From Solirubrobacterales bacterium (GTDB lineage: Bacteria; Actinomycetota; Thermoleophilia; Solirubrobacterales; JBBDJG01), in assembly GCA_038326655.1 (NCBI GenBank), contig JBBQKG010000013.1:8394-72393 (forward strand): DNA of 64,000 nucleotides. The letters are read 5' to 3'. Under the pieces are notes generated by a model. It ran no database searches. It was not told where the DNA came from and saw only the letters and a list, made by a program, of their open reading frames with translations. The translations under genes and the position numbers were made by a program. Position 1 is the first letter of the stretch, and the number at the start of each line of letters is the position of its first letter. Shown one piece after another: positions 1-9,118 of the stretch.

Positions 1-1
1 C

Positions 2-163
2 TGGAACGAGCAGTATCTGGTCCAGGCATTCCTCATGCACAACTCCGACTACCGGCTGCGCCTCGCCGTGCACATGCTGTGGGTGGCCCGGCGCGAGCGC
101 ATCGAGCCCCATCTGCCTGCGGGCGCGAACGGGGTCAGCATCTGGATCGAGAAGGTCGCCTGA
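2..163 (+). CDS. 3' end of an unidentified protein-coding gene (5' end outside window)
   Basis: The frame is open from the window edge with mostly G/C-ending codons and ends at TGA 161-163 (...WNEQYLVQAFLMHNSDYRLRLAVHMLWVARRERIEPHLPAGANGVSIWIEKVA*). No family recognised. Confidence 0.35.
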   Translation, partial: WNEQYLVQAFLMHNSDYRLRLAVHMLWVARRERIEPHLPAGANGVSIWIEKVA

Positions 164-222
164 GGGACTCGCCGCCCGTGAGCTCCGCGTGACGATTGGA
201 GCGCATCCCGCGAGCGCCAGCG

Positions 223-621
223 CTACAGCGGGCGGCGGCCCGGGAACCCGGCGTCGGGGTCGTGCCACCAGGCGACGCGCGGCTCGCCCGCCTGCCAGCA
301 CAGGTAGACCTCCTCGCCGTCCCTGATCGACGGGAAGTCGACGAGGCCGCGGTCGGCGTCGCGCAGCACGATGTCCATCGCCTCGAGCTGCTCCGCCGCA
401 GTCAGCATCTCGAGCACCGCGTGGGCGACCTTGTGCCCAGGCCAGGCGCCGCCCGTGGTGGTGTCGATGTCATCGAGCGCGGCGCGCGCGGCCGGCGACC
501 TCAGCTCCGCGAGCGCCTCCTGGATCCGCTCGACGCGCTCGGCGACCCAAGGCCGCGCCGCCTCGGCCTGCTCGAGCGTGTAGTGGCGCTCGTGGGTGAA
601 ATCGCCGGCCTCGAGGTCCAA
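223..621 (-). CDS. DUF2203 family protein
   Basis: 132-aa ORF. The C-terminal GLVDFPSIRDGEEVYLCWQAGEPRVAWWHDPDAGFPGRRPL resembles the DUF2203 signature (recalled, not searched). Confidence 0.75.
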   Translation of the reverse strand: MDLEAGDFTHERHYTLEQAEAARPWVAERVERIQEALAELRSPAARAALDDIDTTTGGAWPGHKVAHAVLEMLTAAEQLEAMDIVLRDADRGLVDFPSIRDGEEVYLCWQAGEPRVAWWHDPDAGFPGRRPL

Positions 622-629
622 CGTCAGGC

Positions 630-1028
630 CTACTCTCCGATCTGGATCGGGCGCGGCTCCTGCGACGCCTCCGCTGCGGCCGGCTCCGGCGCCACGGGCT
701 GCTCCACGCCAAGCGCCTGTGCCAGCTCACCCGACTCGAACATCTCGGTCGCGATGTCGCAGCCGCCGACCAGCTCGCTGGCGACGAACAGCTGCGGGAT
801 CGTCGGCCAGCCGGAGAGCTCGGAGAGCTCCTCGCGAATCAACGGGTGGGGCAGGATGTCCATCGCGGCGTAGTCCGCGCCGAGCGAGTCGAGCATCCCC
901 ACCATGCGCGCGGAGAAGCCGCAACGCGGCGTGTCCGGCGTGCCCTTCATGAACAGCATCACGCGCTGTCCCTCGATCGCTTCCTTGAGGTGCTGGCGAA
1001 TGTCCTGCCGAATCTCGTCTTCAGTCAT
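630..1028 (-). CDS. grxD: monothiol glutaredoxin (Grx4/GrxD family)
   Basis: CGFS active site (TPRCGFSARMV) plus WPTIPQLFV and GGCDI motifs. ATG 1028 is preceded by GAGG. Confidence 0.9.
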   Translation of the reverse strand: MTEDEIRQDIRQHLKEAIEGQRVMLFMKGTPDTPRCGFSARMVGMLDSLGADYAAMDILPHPLIREELSELSGWPTIPQLFVASELVGGCDIATEMFESGELAQALGVEQPVAPEPAAAEASQEPRPIQIGE

Positions 1029-1055
1029 GTCGTACCTCGCAGTATCGGAAACCCG

Positions 1056-1292
1056 TCATTCCGCTGGCGGAACGACGGCCTTGATGGAAAGGGCGTGGAT
1101 GGGACCGCCGATCTCGTCCCCGAAGACGTCATAGACCAGCTTGTGCTGCTCGATGCGCGACAGGCCGGTGAACCCGTCGTAGACGACCTCGGCGCGAAGA
1201 TGGTCGCCGCCGCCGGTGAGGTCGGTGACGGTTGCCTCCGAGCCGGGCAGCGCGCGCTCGATACGTTCCTTCATGTCCTCCGTGGAAGGCAT
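1056..1292 (-). CDS. bolA: BolA family protein
   Basis: This is the last 78 aa of track ORF 1056..2342; the rest of that ORF is Arg-rich noise. ATG 1292 is preceded by GGGAGGG. HLRAEVVYDGFTGLSRIEQHKLVYDVF...IHALSIKA is BolA-like. Confidence 0.85.
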   Translation of the reverse strand: MPSTEDMKERIERALPGSEATVTDLTGGGDHLRAEVVYDGFTGLSRIEQHKLVYDVFGDEIGGPIHALSIKAVVPPAE

Positions 1293-1330
1293 CCCTCCCG
1301 AAAGATAGCGGGGCGCCTCGGGGGCGCCGG

Positions 1331-2158
1331 CTAGATCCGGAAGACGGGCACGAGCCGCTTCTCGTGCTCCGCGTCGATCTGCGCGACGACCTCGATCTGA
1401 TCCTCGACGCCGGAGCCGCGCAGCTTCGTCGCGAGCAGCTCGTCGACCTGGAAGATGCCGGCTGAATTGGTCATGTCGATCTCGATCCGCACGGCCTTGT
1501 CCTCGCCCGGCTCGATCCTCACCCTGTCGATCGCGGCGGCCGAGAGCGAGTGGATGTTCGGCCGGCGCGAGGAGAACGGGATCCGGGAGCGACCCTCGGC
1601 CATGTCGAGCGCGTCCGCGACGCGCACGATCCCGGCCTCCACCGTGATCGGCTCGCCGCGACGGCGGTGGCCGATGATCGCGTGCAGCGACTCCGCCACG
1701 ATCACCGAGCGCTCGGGCTCCTCGTAGCAGCTCTCCAGCAGGCGCGGCAGGCCGTCCGCGGCCAGGAACAGGGAGTAGGCCTCGTGGTCGGTGCGGTGGA
1801 TTGCCATGCCGGTGTCGTGGAAGAGGCAGCCGGCGGCGATCACGACCTCCGCGTCGTGCGGGCGCAGCCCGTGGTCGGTGACGACGGAGGGCTCGATCCC
1901 CCGGCGGTTGAGCAGGCGAAACAGCCGCAACGCGATGTTGAGCACGATCTGCACGTGGATCCAGGAGTGGTCCGACATGCCGAGCCGGTCCGCGTTCACC
2001 TGGGTCACGTACCACCACGCTTTCAGCTGCGGGTCGGCGTTGGCGGCTTCGAGCAAGCGCTCCAGACGCCGGTTGCCGCGGGACGGAGCGTTGATGCGGA
2101 TGGCGTCGATCGCCTCGCGAAGCGGGCGGGCCGGCGGGGTCGGAGGCGTCTGTGTCAA
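1331..2158 (-). CDS. HD domain-containing phosphohydrolase
   Basis: 275-aa ORF with an H...HD metal motif (SWIHVQ, CLFHDTGM). The only in-frame start is TTG 2158. Confidence 0.7.
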   Translation of the reverse strand: MTQTPPTPPARPLREAIDAIRINAPSRGNRRLERLLEAANADPQLKAWWYVTQVNADRLGMSDHSWIHVQIVLNIALRLFRLLNRRGIEPSVVTDHGLRPHDAEVVIAAGCLFHDTGMAIHRTDHEAYSLFLAADGLPRLLESCYEEPERSVIVAESLHAIIGHRRRGEPITVEAGIVRVADALDMAEGRSRIPFSSRRPNIHSLSAAAIDRVRIEPGEDKAVRIEIDMTNSAGIFQVDELLATKLRGSGVEDQIEVVAQIDAEHEKRLVPVFRI

Positions 2159-2167
2159 GCGACCGGG

Positions 2168-2704
2168 TTAGGTCGCGCCGCCGGCGGGCTCGGGCGCCGT
2201 CGGGTCCGCGCCGCCGCCCCCGCCGGGCTTTTCCCGCGCGATGTACTCCTCCAGCGTCATCGGCAGGTCCTTCACGCGCTCGGCCACGTCGAGCAGCTCG
2301 GTCATCGTCGCGACCTCCTCGACCTGCTCCCGCAGGAACCACTGCACGAACTGCTCGCTGAGGTAGTCGCCCTCGTCGCGGGCCACCTTGAAGAGGTCGC
2401 CGATCTGGCCGCTCACGGTCTTCTCCTGCTCGAGCGCCACGCGGATCGGCGCGATGTGGTCGCTGAAGCCGCGCTGGGGAGCCGACACGGCACCGAGCTC
2501 GACCGGCGCGTCGGTGTCGAGCAGGTACTTGATCATCATCATCGCGTGCTCGCGCTCCTCCACGGCCTGCGCATAAAAGAACCTGGCCAGCTGGGGGAGG
2601 GTCTGGGACTCGTAGTGGGCGGCGATCGCGACGTATTGATGGGACGCGGCGAACTCGTTTGCGACCTGCTCGTTCAGTGCCTCGACGAAGCGCTCTGCGG
2701 GCAT
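2168..2704 (-). CDS. ftn: ferritin (non-haem Ftn type)
   Basis: 178 aa with ferritin-like di-iron pattern (NEQVANEF, EEREHAMMMIKYL, LEQEKTV). AAGGAG precedes ATG 2704. There is a Gly/Pro-rich C-terminal tail. Confidence 0.85.
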   Translation of the reverse strand: MPAERFVEALNEQVANEFAASHQYVAIAAHYESQTLPQLARFFYAQAVEEREHAMMMIKYLLDTDAPVELGAVSAPQRGFSDHIAPIRVALEQEKTVSGQIGDLFKVARDEGDYLSEQFVQWFLREQVEEVATMTELLDVAERVKDLPMTLEEYIAREKPGGGGGADPTAPEPAGGAT

Positions 2705-2739
2705 CGCTCTCCTTTCGGCGGTCGGGGACCGAAAGTCTC

Positions 2740-3855
2740 TCAGGTCGGTGCGCGCATCACGTGCTCAGGCCGGACGTCCTGCGGGGTCTGGCACCCGAGC
2801 AGCACGAGCGCGAGCTCGATCTCCTCGCGGAGCAGCTCCAGCACCTCGCGCGCGCCCTGCTCGCCGCGCGCCGCGAGTCCCCAGAGCGGCGCCCGGCCGG
2901 CCAGCACGGCACGGGCGCCCAGCGCAAGCGCGCGTACCACGTCGGTCCCCCGCCGGATGCCGCCGTCGACCAGCACCTCGAGCCGCCCGTCAACCGCTTC
3001 GACGACCTCGGGCAGGGCATCGATCGTGGCCGGGACGCCGTCGAGCTGGCGCCCACCGTGGTTGGACACGACCACGCCCGCAGCGCCATGCTCGCAGGCC
3101 AGCGCGGCATCCTCGCCGGTGATCAGTCCCTTCACGAGCACCGGCAGCGGCGAGTCGGCGCAGATCCGCTCGAGGTCGCGCCAGCTGATCGAAGGGTCCA
3201 TGCGGGAGAACATGTCGAGCGGCGTGCCGGCCGATGGTTGGCCGACCGCCGCCGCGAAGCTCGGCACCGTGACGTCCGCCGGCACCTCGAAGCCGGTTCG
3301 AAGGTCCCTCTCGCGCCGGCCCAGGCGGGGCGCGTCGACCGTCAATGCGATTGCCAGGAAACCGGCATCGACCGCCTGGTCGATCAACGCGCGGGTGACG
3401 CCGGGATCGCGGAAGACGTAGAGCTGAAACCAGCGCGGCGCGCCGGGCGCCGCCGCCGCCACCTCCGCGGGCGTCGAGGTCGCCAGCGTCGAGAGGACCA
3501 TCGCGGTACCTGCGGCGGCTGCGGCGCGCGCCATGCCCGGCTCGCCGTCGGGATGCGCGATTCGCTGGAAGGCGACCGGCGCGACCAGCAGCGGCATCGA
3601 GAGGCGTGTCCCGAGCACCGTTGTCGCGGTCGTCGGTGCGCTGACGTCGACGAGTGCGCGCGGCCGCAGCAGCCACCGCGCGAACGCGTCGACGTTCTCG
3701 CGCAGCGTGCGCTCGTCGCCCGCGCCGCCGGCGTAGTAGTGGTACGCACCGGGATCGAGCCGCTCGCGCGCGACGCGTTCGTAGTCGGTGACGTTGCAGG
3801 GCTCGGCGCTGACCTCGGCGGGGAGGTGATCCGGCGGAACGGAGCCGTGTGACAT
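2740..3855 (-). CDS. FMN-dependent alpha-hydroxy-acid dehydrogenase/oxidase (L-lactate dehydrogenase / glycolate oxidase family)
   Basis: Full-length match to the family pattern (YYAGGAGDE, PLLVAPVA, VSNHGGRQLD, DGGIRRGTDV). ATG 3855 has AAGGAGG about 11 nt upstream. The track start GTG 3867 abuts the SD, so I prefer 3855. Confidence 0.85.
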   Translation of the reverse strand: MSHGSVPPDHLPAEVSAEPCNVTDYERVARERLDPGAYHYYAGGAGDERTLRENVDAFARWLLRPRALVDVSAPTTATTVLGTRLSMPLLVAPVAFQRIAHPDGEPGMARAAAAAGTAMVLSTLATSTPAEVAAAAPGAPRWFQLYVFRDPGVTRALIDQAVDAGFLAIALTVDAPRLGRRERDLRTGFEVPADVTVPSFAAAVGQPSAGTPLDMFSRMDPSISWRDLERICADSPLPVLVKGLITGEDAALACEHGAAGVVVSNHGGRQLDGVPATIDALPEVVEAVDGRLEVLVDGGIRRGTDVVRALALGARAVLAGRAPLWGLAARGEQGAREVLELLREEIELALVLLGCQTPQDVRPEHVMRAPT

Positions 3856-3885
3856 CGCGCGCGACACCCTCCTTACACTGGCCTA

Positions 3886-4107
3886 GTGAACGACCACGCA
3901 CAGCCGACCCGCACGGACCGGGAGCGCGCCTTCATGTTCGTCGGACTGCTGTTCGTGGTGATCACGCCGGTGTTTCTGCCGGCCTTTGCGGGCGCGCTCG
4001 GGATCGGCGCCGCGCTGCGCCGCCGCGGCAGCACGCGCCAGGCGGCGATCGTCCTGTTGCCGGCGGTGTTCGTCTTCACGGTCACGCTGATCCAGTTGCT
4101 CAAGTAG
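3886..4107 (+). CDS. small hypothetical membrane protein (two predicted TM helices)
   Basis: 73-aa ORF with strong G/C third-position bias and two hydrophobic stretches. GTG start. Its end overlaps the convergent GNAT gene by 8 nt. Confidence 0.45.
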   Translation: MNDHAQPTRTDRERAFMFVGLLFVVITPVFLPAFAGALGIGAALRRRGSTRQAAIVLLPAVFVFTVTLIQLLK

Positions 4108-4852
4108 CCCGGCGCTCCCACATCTCGATCGTGCCGCAGTCCCGGAACCCGAGCCCGGCATAGACCGGCTTGCCCATCGTGGTCGATTGCAGGCTGGCCG
4201 TCTGGCAGCCGGATTCCCGGGCCTCGTTCAGAGCGACGATCATCAGGTCCCGGGCGAGCCCGCGCCCGCGTGCCTCCTGATAGGTGGCGACGAGGAAGAT
4301 CCCGCAGTCGCGATCGTCGTGGATCGCCCCCACGCACGAGACGACGCGGCCGTCGATCCGGGCGCCGTACAGGCGAAGCGCCTCCGGCGGTGTCGCGAAG
4401 GCGCGCACGAAGTCGCCGCCGTAACCGTACGCGGCGTCGTTGATCGCGCCCACGTCTTCGGCGGCCGGCGTGGTGAGGTCGAGCGTCACGCTCGGCGAGC
4501 GCTCGAAGGACCCAAGCTCGAGCGCCATTGCGGCCGGCGTCCCGTCGAGCGTGTGCCCTGCCTCCTCGAGCAGGCGCCGAGCGTCGTCGTCGTGGTCGGG
4601 GACCCAGACCGTCCAGGCCCGGATGCCCGCATCGGCGTACGCCTCGGCGAGCCCCTCGAGCGCGCGCGCGAGCGACTCCGGGTGCTCGTAGACGACCGAG
4701 TTCGTGATCGAGCGTTCGGGCGCCGCGGGCACGATCGAGGCGAGCACGCCCTCCGGCTCCAGCAGAAATGCCCCTGCCGAGGTCTCGGCCAGCATCTGCA
4801 CGAACGGGCGCAGGCTGCGATATGGGCGCTCCGAAAGCTCTCCTGCGCGCAT
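4100..4852 (-). CDS. GNAT family N-acetyltransferase
   Basis: 250 aa. The C-terminal acetyl-CoA-binding-like QEARGRGLARDLM...GLGF motif is typical of GNAT. Confidence 0.8.
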   Translation of the reverse strand: MRAGELSERPYRSLRPFVQMLAETSAGAFLLEPEGVLASIVPAAPERSITNSVVYEHPESLARALEGLAEAYADAGIRAWTVWVPDHDDDARRLLEEAGHTLDGTPAAMALELGSFERSPSVTLDLTTPAAEDVGAINDAAYGYGGDFVRAFATPPEALRLYGARIDGRVVSCVGAIHDDRDCGIFLVATYQEARGRGLARDLMIVALNEARESGCQTASLQSTTMGKPVYAGLGFRDCGTIEMWERRAT

Positions 4853-4916
4853 CGGCGCGGACTTTACGACGCCCAGGCTTCAAGTGACGGGGCGGCTCGT
4901 CGATAAGGAGATTGAG

Positions 4917-5510
4917 ATGGTGCTGGTCTACATCGCCGTGGGTGCCGGCGTCGCGCTGCTGCTCTGGAGCGCCCTTGCCTTCAACGCGCTCGTCACCGCG
5001 CACAACCGCGTGAACGAGTCCTGGAGCGGGGTCAACGTACAGCTCCAGCGCCGGCACGACCTCGTCCCGAACCTGCTCCTGATCGTCAGGGGCAACTCCG
5101 AGCACGAGCGCGCCGCGCTGCGCACGCTCACCGAGGCACAGGAGATCGCCGCGGGCTCGTCCGGGCGACGCGGGCGCCAGGCAGCCGAGTACGACCTTGC
5201 CGAGGCGATCGCCGACGTCCGAGCGGTCGTCGAGCAATATCCGGAGCTGCGCGCCTCCGAGGCGTTTCGCCGGCTCCAGTCCCAGCTCGCGGAGGTCGAA
5301 GGCGAGATCCAGTACTCGCGCCGGATCTACAACTCGAACGTGATGCTCTTCAACGCCCGTGTCGCCGGCTTCCCCGGCTTGCTCGTGCGGCGGCTCGGCG
5401 GCTTCCGCAAGATGGGCTACTTCGAGTTGGGCGCGGTCTGGCGCAGCGCGGCGGCGAGCGCGCACGCACCCGCCGACTCCGAGCAGCAACGAAAGACCGC
5501 CGCGGCGTGA
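4917..5510 (+). CDS. lemA: LemA family protein
   Basis: N-terminal TM then NALVTAHNRVNESWSGVNVQLQRRHDLVPNL...QYPELRASEAF..LQ..L...E..I...R..YN. ATG 4917 is 7 nt after AAGGAG. The upstream part of the track ORF is off-frame noise. Confidence 0.9.
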   Translation: MVLVYIAVGAGVALLLWSALAFNALVTAHNRVNESWSGVNVQLQRRHDLVPNLLLIVRGNSEHERAALRTLTEAQEIAAGSSGRRGRQAAEYDLAEAIADVRAVVEQYPELRASEAFRRLQSQLAEVEGEIQYSRRIYNSNVMLFNARVAGFPGLLVRRLGGFRKMGYFELGAVWRSAAASAHAPADSEQQRKTAAA

Positions 5511-6406
5511 CCGGCGGGCCTCCGGGCTCGACCTGGGCCGGGGCCGCGTCCGCGACCGAGGCCAGGAACGCCAGGAACGCCAACTCCGCGCGCCCCGCCC
5601 GCCTGCGCGAGCTGCTGCGGGGACGCGGCGCCGCGTATGCGGTCGTGATCGGGGCGGTCGCGACGATCGTGGCCGGGGCGGCGTTCCACAGCCTCGTCCT
5701 GCTGGCCGGCGGCCCGCTCGTCGTGATCGTGCTCGTCGCGGTCTTCGTCTTTGCCGCCGCCGACCGGCGTGCGGCGGAGGACTTCTTCCGCGCCTACGCC
5801 GCCGGCCGTGGCCTCGCCTATGTCGGCGAGGCGGGAGCGCCGCTGCCCCTGACGCCGCTGCTCGGCGCCGGCGACAAGCGGCACTTCGAGCACTGGATGC
5901 AGGGTCCGCTGCCGACGGGCACCGAGAGCTGCCTGGGGCACTACACGTTCGAGGTGCAGCGGAAACACGGTCGCAACCGGAAACGGGAAATCCACCGCTT
6001 CACGATCTGCGTGGTCGACCTCGAGGCGGGCCTCCGGCTGTTCCCGGGCGTGTTCCTGACCCGCCGGCGGGGCATCCTGGGCATGCTCGGCGGCGAGCAG
6101 TGGCTCAGCCATGCGGCTCGGCACGAGGTGGAGCTCGAGAGCGAGAAGCTGTGCGACCGCTACGAGCTGTGGGTCGACGACGCGCAGGACGAGCTGCGAC
6201 TGCGGCAGCTGTTCGTGCCGTCCTTCGTGGTGCTGCTCGCCGAGCACCCGCTCGCTCCGTGCTTCGAGTATCGCGCCGGCTCGCTCGTGGTCTACGTCGA
6301 ACACCGCTTCGAGGACGAGGGCCACCTCGACTGGCTGCGCGAGGCCACCACCGCGATCGCGGAGCGCTTCGAGGCGGAGGTGAAGCAGGCGGCGCAGGCG
6401 GCCTGA
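5507..6406 (+). CDS. hypothetical membrane protein downstream of LemA (DUF3137-like placement)
   Basis: 299 aa. GTG 5507 overlaps the LemA stop (GTGA). It has two N-terminal TM helices and then a soluble domain. The family assignment is a guess from context. Confidence 0.6.
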   Translation: MTGGPPGSTWAGAASATEARNARNANSARPARLRELLRGRGAAYAVVIGAVATIVAGAAFHSLVLLAGGPLVVIVLVAVFVFAAADRRAAEDFFRAYAAGRGLAYVGEAGAPLPLTPLLGAGDKRHFEHWMQGPLPTGTESCLGHYTFEVQRKHGRNRKREIHRFTICVVDLEAGLRLFPGVFLTRRRGILGMLGGEQWLSHAARHEVELESEKLCDRYELWVDDAQDELRLRQLFVPSFVVLLAEHPLAPCFEYRAGSLVVYVEHRFEDEGHLDWLREATTAIAERFEAEVKQAAQAA

Positions 6407-6427
6407 TGCGCCCATTACATTTGCGGC

Positions 6428-7648
6428 GTGGACAACGCGAGCCCCAGGCACGAGGCGGCGGGCCTGGCGCATGTGGCGACGGGCTCGTTTCTCGCGTCAC
6501 GCGCGGCGCCCTCGATCGGATTCTGGGTCGCACTCGCGGGCGGCGTGGCGCTCGCCCGGGCCGCGCAGCGCGACGGCGTCCGGATGGGATATGGGGCGAG
6601 CCTCGCGGCCACGCTCCAGACCGTCGCGCTGATCGGGCCTGCGCGCTTCAGCGTGCCGCTCACGCAGGCGCTGAGCGCGCCCCTGATCGGATCGCTCGAG
6701 GGGCGGGCAACGCCGGCGCCGTGGCAGATGCTCGCCTGCGCAGCGATCCGCCTCACGCACGTGACGCTCACGTTCGCGTTCTCCCTGTTCGTGCTGGCCG
6801 GAGGCCTCGACGTCTACACCGAGAGCTACGAGCGCGTGACGGGATGGACCGGCGTCCTGCCGCAGGGCACGGCCGCGGCGATCATCCTGACGGGGATCTC
6901 GATCGTCGCGTGGACCGCATTCGCGAGCATCGTCCAGGTGATCGTCTACCGGCGCGGGCTCGCGCGCTGGCCTGAAGGCGCGATCGCGGCCGGTGCGCGG
7001 AACTCCGAGCAGCTCGAGCCGCCCGCGGGCCGCTTCGACCCGCGGGCGGTGGCGCTCGCGGCCGGGATCGCGTTCGTGCTGCTCGTGTCCGGGCTGTCGT
7101 GGGCCCTGCTCGGCGCGGTCGCGGCCTGGCTCGGGCTCGCGGCGCTGGCCGGCGGCGGCGATCGCTCGGTCGTGCGAACGGGCGTGGGGCTCGCGCTCGT
7201 GCTCGGTGGAGGCGTGTTCGTATTCACGTTGGTCGGCGGCGTGGGCGCCGACGAGGCGCTGCGCCGCGGCCTGCGCGCGCTCCTGTTCGTACTCGTCGCG
7301 ACCTGGCTGCGCGCCGCGGCCGGTGCGTCGGGCCTGCGCGAGGTCTCGCGCCGCGCGCTGGGACGGCTCGGGCGGATTCCGCCCGCGCGAGAGGCCGCCG
7401 CCGTGATGGACGAGCTCGGCTCCGGCAGGCAGCTCGGAGACGCGGCGCGTTCCGTCCTCGACGCGCTTCGATCGGTGCCGGTGCGGCCCGTGCCGGTCGT
7501 CGACGCGGTGCTCGGCTGGGTGGTGACCGAGTCGCGGCGCTTTCGCCGCGCGGCCCCGGCGCCGCCGATGGCGTTGCGCGTGGGTGCCGGCGACCTCGCC
7601 GTCGTGGGCGCGGCGGTGGCCTGCGGCCTGGCGCTCTTCGCCGGCTAG
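6428..7648 (+). CDS. polytopic integral membrane protein, unknown function
   Basis: 406 aa with G/C third-position bias and many hydrophobic helices. No family recognised. Confidence 0.6.
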   Translation: MDNASPRHEAAGLAHVATGSFLASRAAPSIGFWVALAGGVALARAAQRDGVRMGYGASLAATLQTVALIGPARFSVPLTQALSAPLIGSLEGRATPAPWQMLACAAIRLTHVTLTFAFSLFVLAGGLDVYTESYERVTGWTGVLPQGTAAAIILTGISIVAWTAFASIVQVIVYRRGLARWPEGAIAAGARNSEQLEPPAGRFDPRAVALAAGIAFVLLVSGLSWALLGAVAAWLGLAALAGGGDRSVVRTGVGLALVLGGGVFVFTLVGGVGADEALRRGLRALLFVLVATWLRAAAGASGLREVSRRALGRLGRIPPAREAAAVMDELGSGRQLGDAARSVLDALRSVPVRPVPVVDAVLGWVVTESRRFRRAAPAPPMALRVGAGDLAVVGAAVACGLALFAG

Positions 7649-8358
7649 CGGCCGACGAGCTCGATCGGAGGTGGGGTGGGGGCCGGCACCTCGCGGCCGA
7701 ATCGGGCTTCCGCGCGGGCGCGCTTGCCAGGGCCGTACGAGTGCCCCCAGAGCGAGCGCGGCTTGCCCAGCCGCAGCGCGCCGGCGACCGCGACGGGGGT
7801 CACGAAGAGACCTGTGATCGCGGTCGGGTACTTGCCCTTGAGCACGTTCACGAGCGCGAGCCCCAGGTGCAGGCTCACGATCGTGCCAACCGCGGCGCGT
7901 GCGCCGGCCGCCGCCTCGTCCGCAACGTCGAGCCATACGCGCAGGCCGGTCACGACGAGGCCGCCCAGCGTCGCCGCGACGATCACCGCGTCGATCGAGC
8001 GCCTGCCCTGCTGGGTCCAGTAGACGTCCTTGAGATTGAGCCAGAGCGCGAACTCGTCGAGCGTCAGCCCCGCGCCGATCCCGAACAGGATCGCGAGGAT
8101 CTCGCGCCCCGGGCTCCCCGGCGCGACGCCGATCGCCACGTACCCGGTGAGCAGGATCAGCAGGATGCCCCACACCATGTGGTGGATGTGCGTGCCCCCC
8201 ACGGACACGTTGCCGGGCCACCACTTCACCTGCGCGCGGATCAGGTGCGCGCTCGTGCGGATGAAGCCGAACGAGGCCAGGAACGCCAGCAGCAGGAACA
8301 GGTCCGGCTGCTTCCCCGTCTCGACGATCCAGTCGTGGTAGACCGAGGCAAATGTCAT
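7645..8358 (-). CDS. integral membrane protein, unknown function
   Basis: Multiple TM helices and a GGTHIHHMVWG motif. I prefer ATG 8358 (MTFASVYHD) over the track start 8433. Confidence 0.6.
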   Translation of the reverse strand: MTFASVYHDWIVETGKQPDLFLLLAFLASFGFIRTSAHLIRAQVKWWPGNVSVGGTHIHHMVWGILLILLTGYVAIGVAPGSPGREILAILFGIGAGLTLDEFALWLNLKDVYWTQQGRRSIDAVIVAATLGGLVVTGLRVWLDVADEAAAGARAAVGTIVSLHLGLALVNVLKGKYPTAITGLFVTPVAVAGALRLGKPRSLWGHSYGPGKRARAEARFGREVPAPTPPPIELVGR

Positions 8359-8431
8359 AGGTCTGGCATCGGCGAACGCAAGTATTGCTTGATTGGCGCA
8401 GCGAACGATCGGGTACCGTCCACGACGCATC

Positions 8432-9118
8432 ATGCAAGCGAATGCCCTCGATCACGTCGCGCTGTGGGTTGCCGACCGTGACATCCTCGCGGACTTCACC
8501 TGCCGCCATCTCGGCATGCACGTGATCGATCGCACGGACGACTTCACGCTCGTCGGTGCCGATGCCCGCCGCGGCAAGCTGACGCTGTTCACCGCGGAAG
8601 GTCCGCGCGAGCCCGGCGTGCTGGAACGTGTGGTGCTGCGCGTCAGCAACCTGGAACAGGCGCTCGGTTCGCTGCCCGAGGACCTCGACGTCCGCCGCGA
8701 GGGCCCCGTTGCCACCTTCGAGGCGCCCGAGGGGCTCGGCCTCGGGCTGGTCGAGGCGCCCGCGGTCGAGGTGGAGTACGACATCGACCACGTGGCGCTC
8801 CGGGTGCCGGAGCCGGAGCGCACCCGCGACGGCCTCGCGGGCCTCGGGCTCTACCCAGGCGGATCAGGGCGGCTGATCGTCGGCGACAAGGCGGTCGAGC
8901 TGTTGCACGGGGACGCTGCCGAGGGCGAGCGCCCGCTGCTCAACCACATCGCGCTGCTCGTCGACTCGGGGCAGGAGCAGCTCGAGGAAGCAAGGCGGCG
9001 CGGCATCGAGATCGCGGAGGTCCGTGACGCCGCGAATACCTTCGCGGTGTTCGTCTGGGGGCCAGACCGCATCAAGCTCGAATACGTCGAGCACAAGCCG
9101 ACCTTCTCGCTGGTCTGA
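8432..9118 (+). CDS. VOC (glyoxalase/bleomycin resistance/dioxygenase) family protein, two-domain
   Basis: Two repeats of the LDHVAL / IDHVALRV / LNHIALLV type. ATG 8432 preferred (MQANALDHVALWV). Confidence 0.75.
   Translation: MQANALDHVALWVADRDILADFTCRHLGMHVIDRTDDFTLVGADARRGKLTLFTAEGPREPGVLERVVLRVSNLEQALGSLPEDLDVRREGPVATFEAPEGLGLGLVEAPAVEVEYDIDHVALRVPEPERTRDGLAGLGLYPGGSGRLIVGDKAVELLHGDAAEGERPLLNHIALLVDSGQEQLEEARRRGIEIAEVRDAANTFAVFVWGPDRIKLEYVEHKPTFSLV

Noticed and set aside
2168-2230. The Gly/Pro-rich C-terminal extension of ferritin, considered as an encapsulin cargo-loading peptide.
   Set aside because: It lacks the GSL-type targeting motif as I recall it, and no encapsulin shell gene is nearby.
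1293-2342. The upstream 350 codons of track ORF 1056..2342. The same applies to similar very long ORFs such as 1550..3421, 3873..5489, 6497..8791, 13590..16568, 26829..29837, 32992..36315, 37798..39918 and 53026..55224.
   Set aside because: Their translations are Arg/Ala/Pro/Gly-rich with no motifs. They lie off-frame or antisense to genes with clear family signatures. Stop-free shadow frames are expected in DNA this GC-rich.
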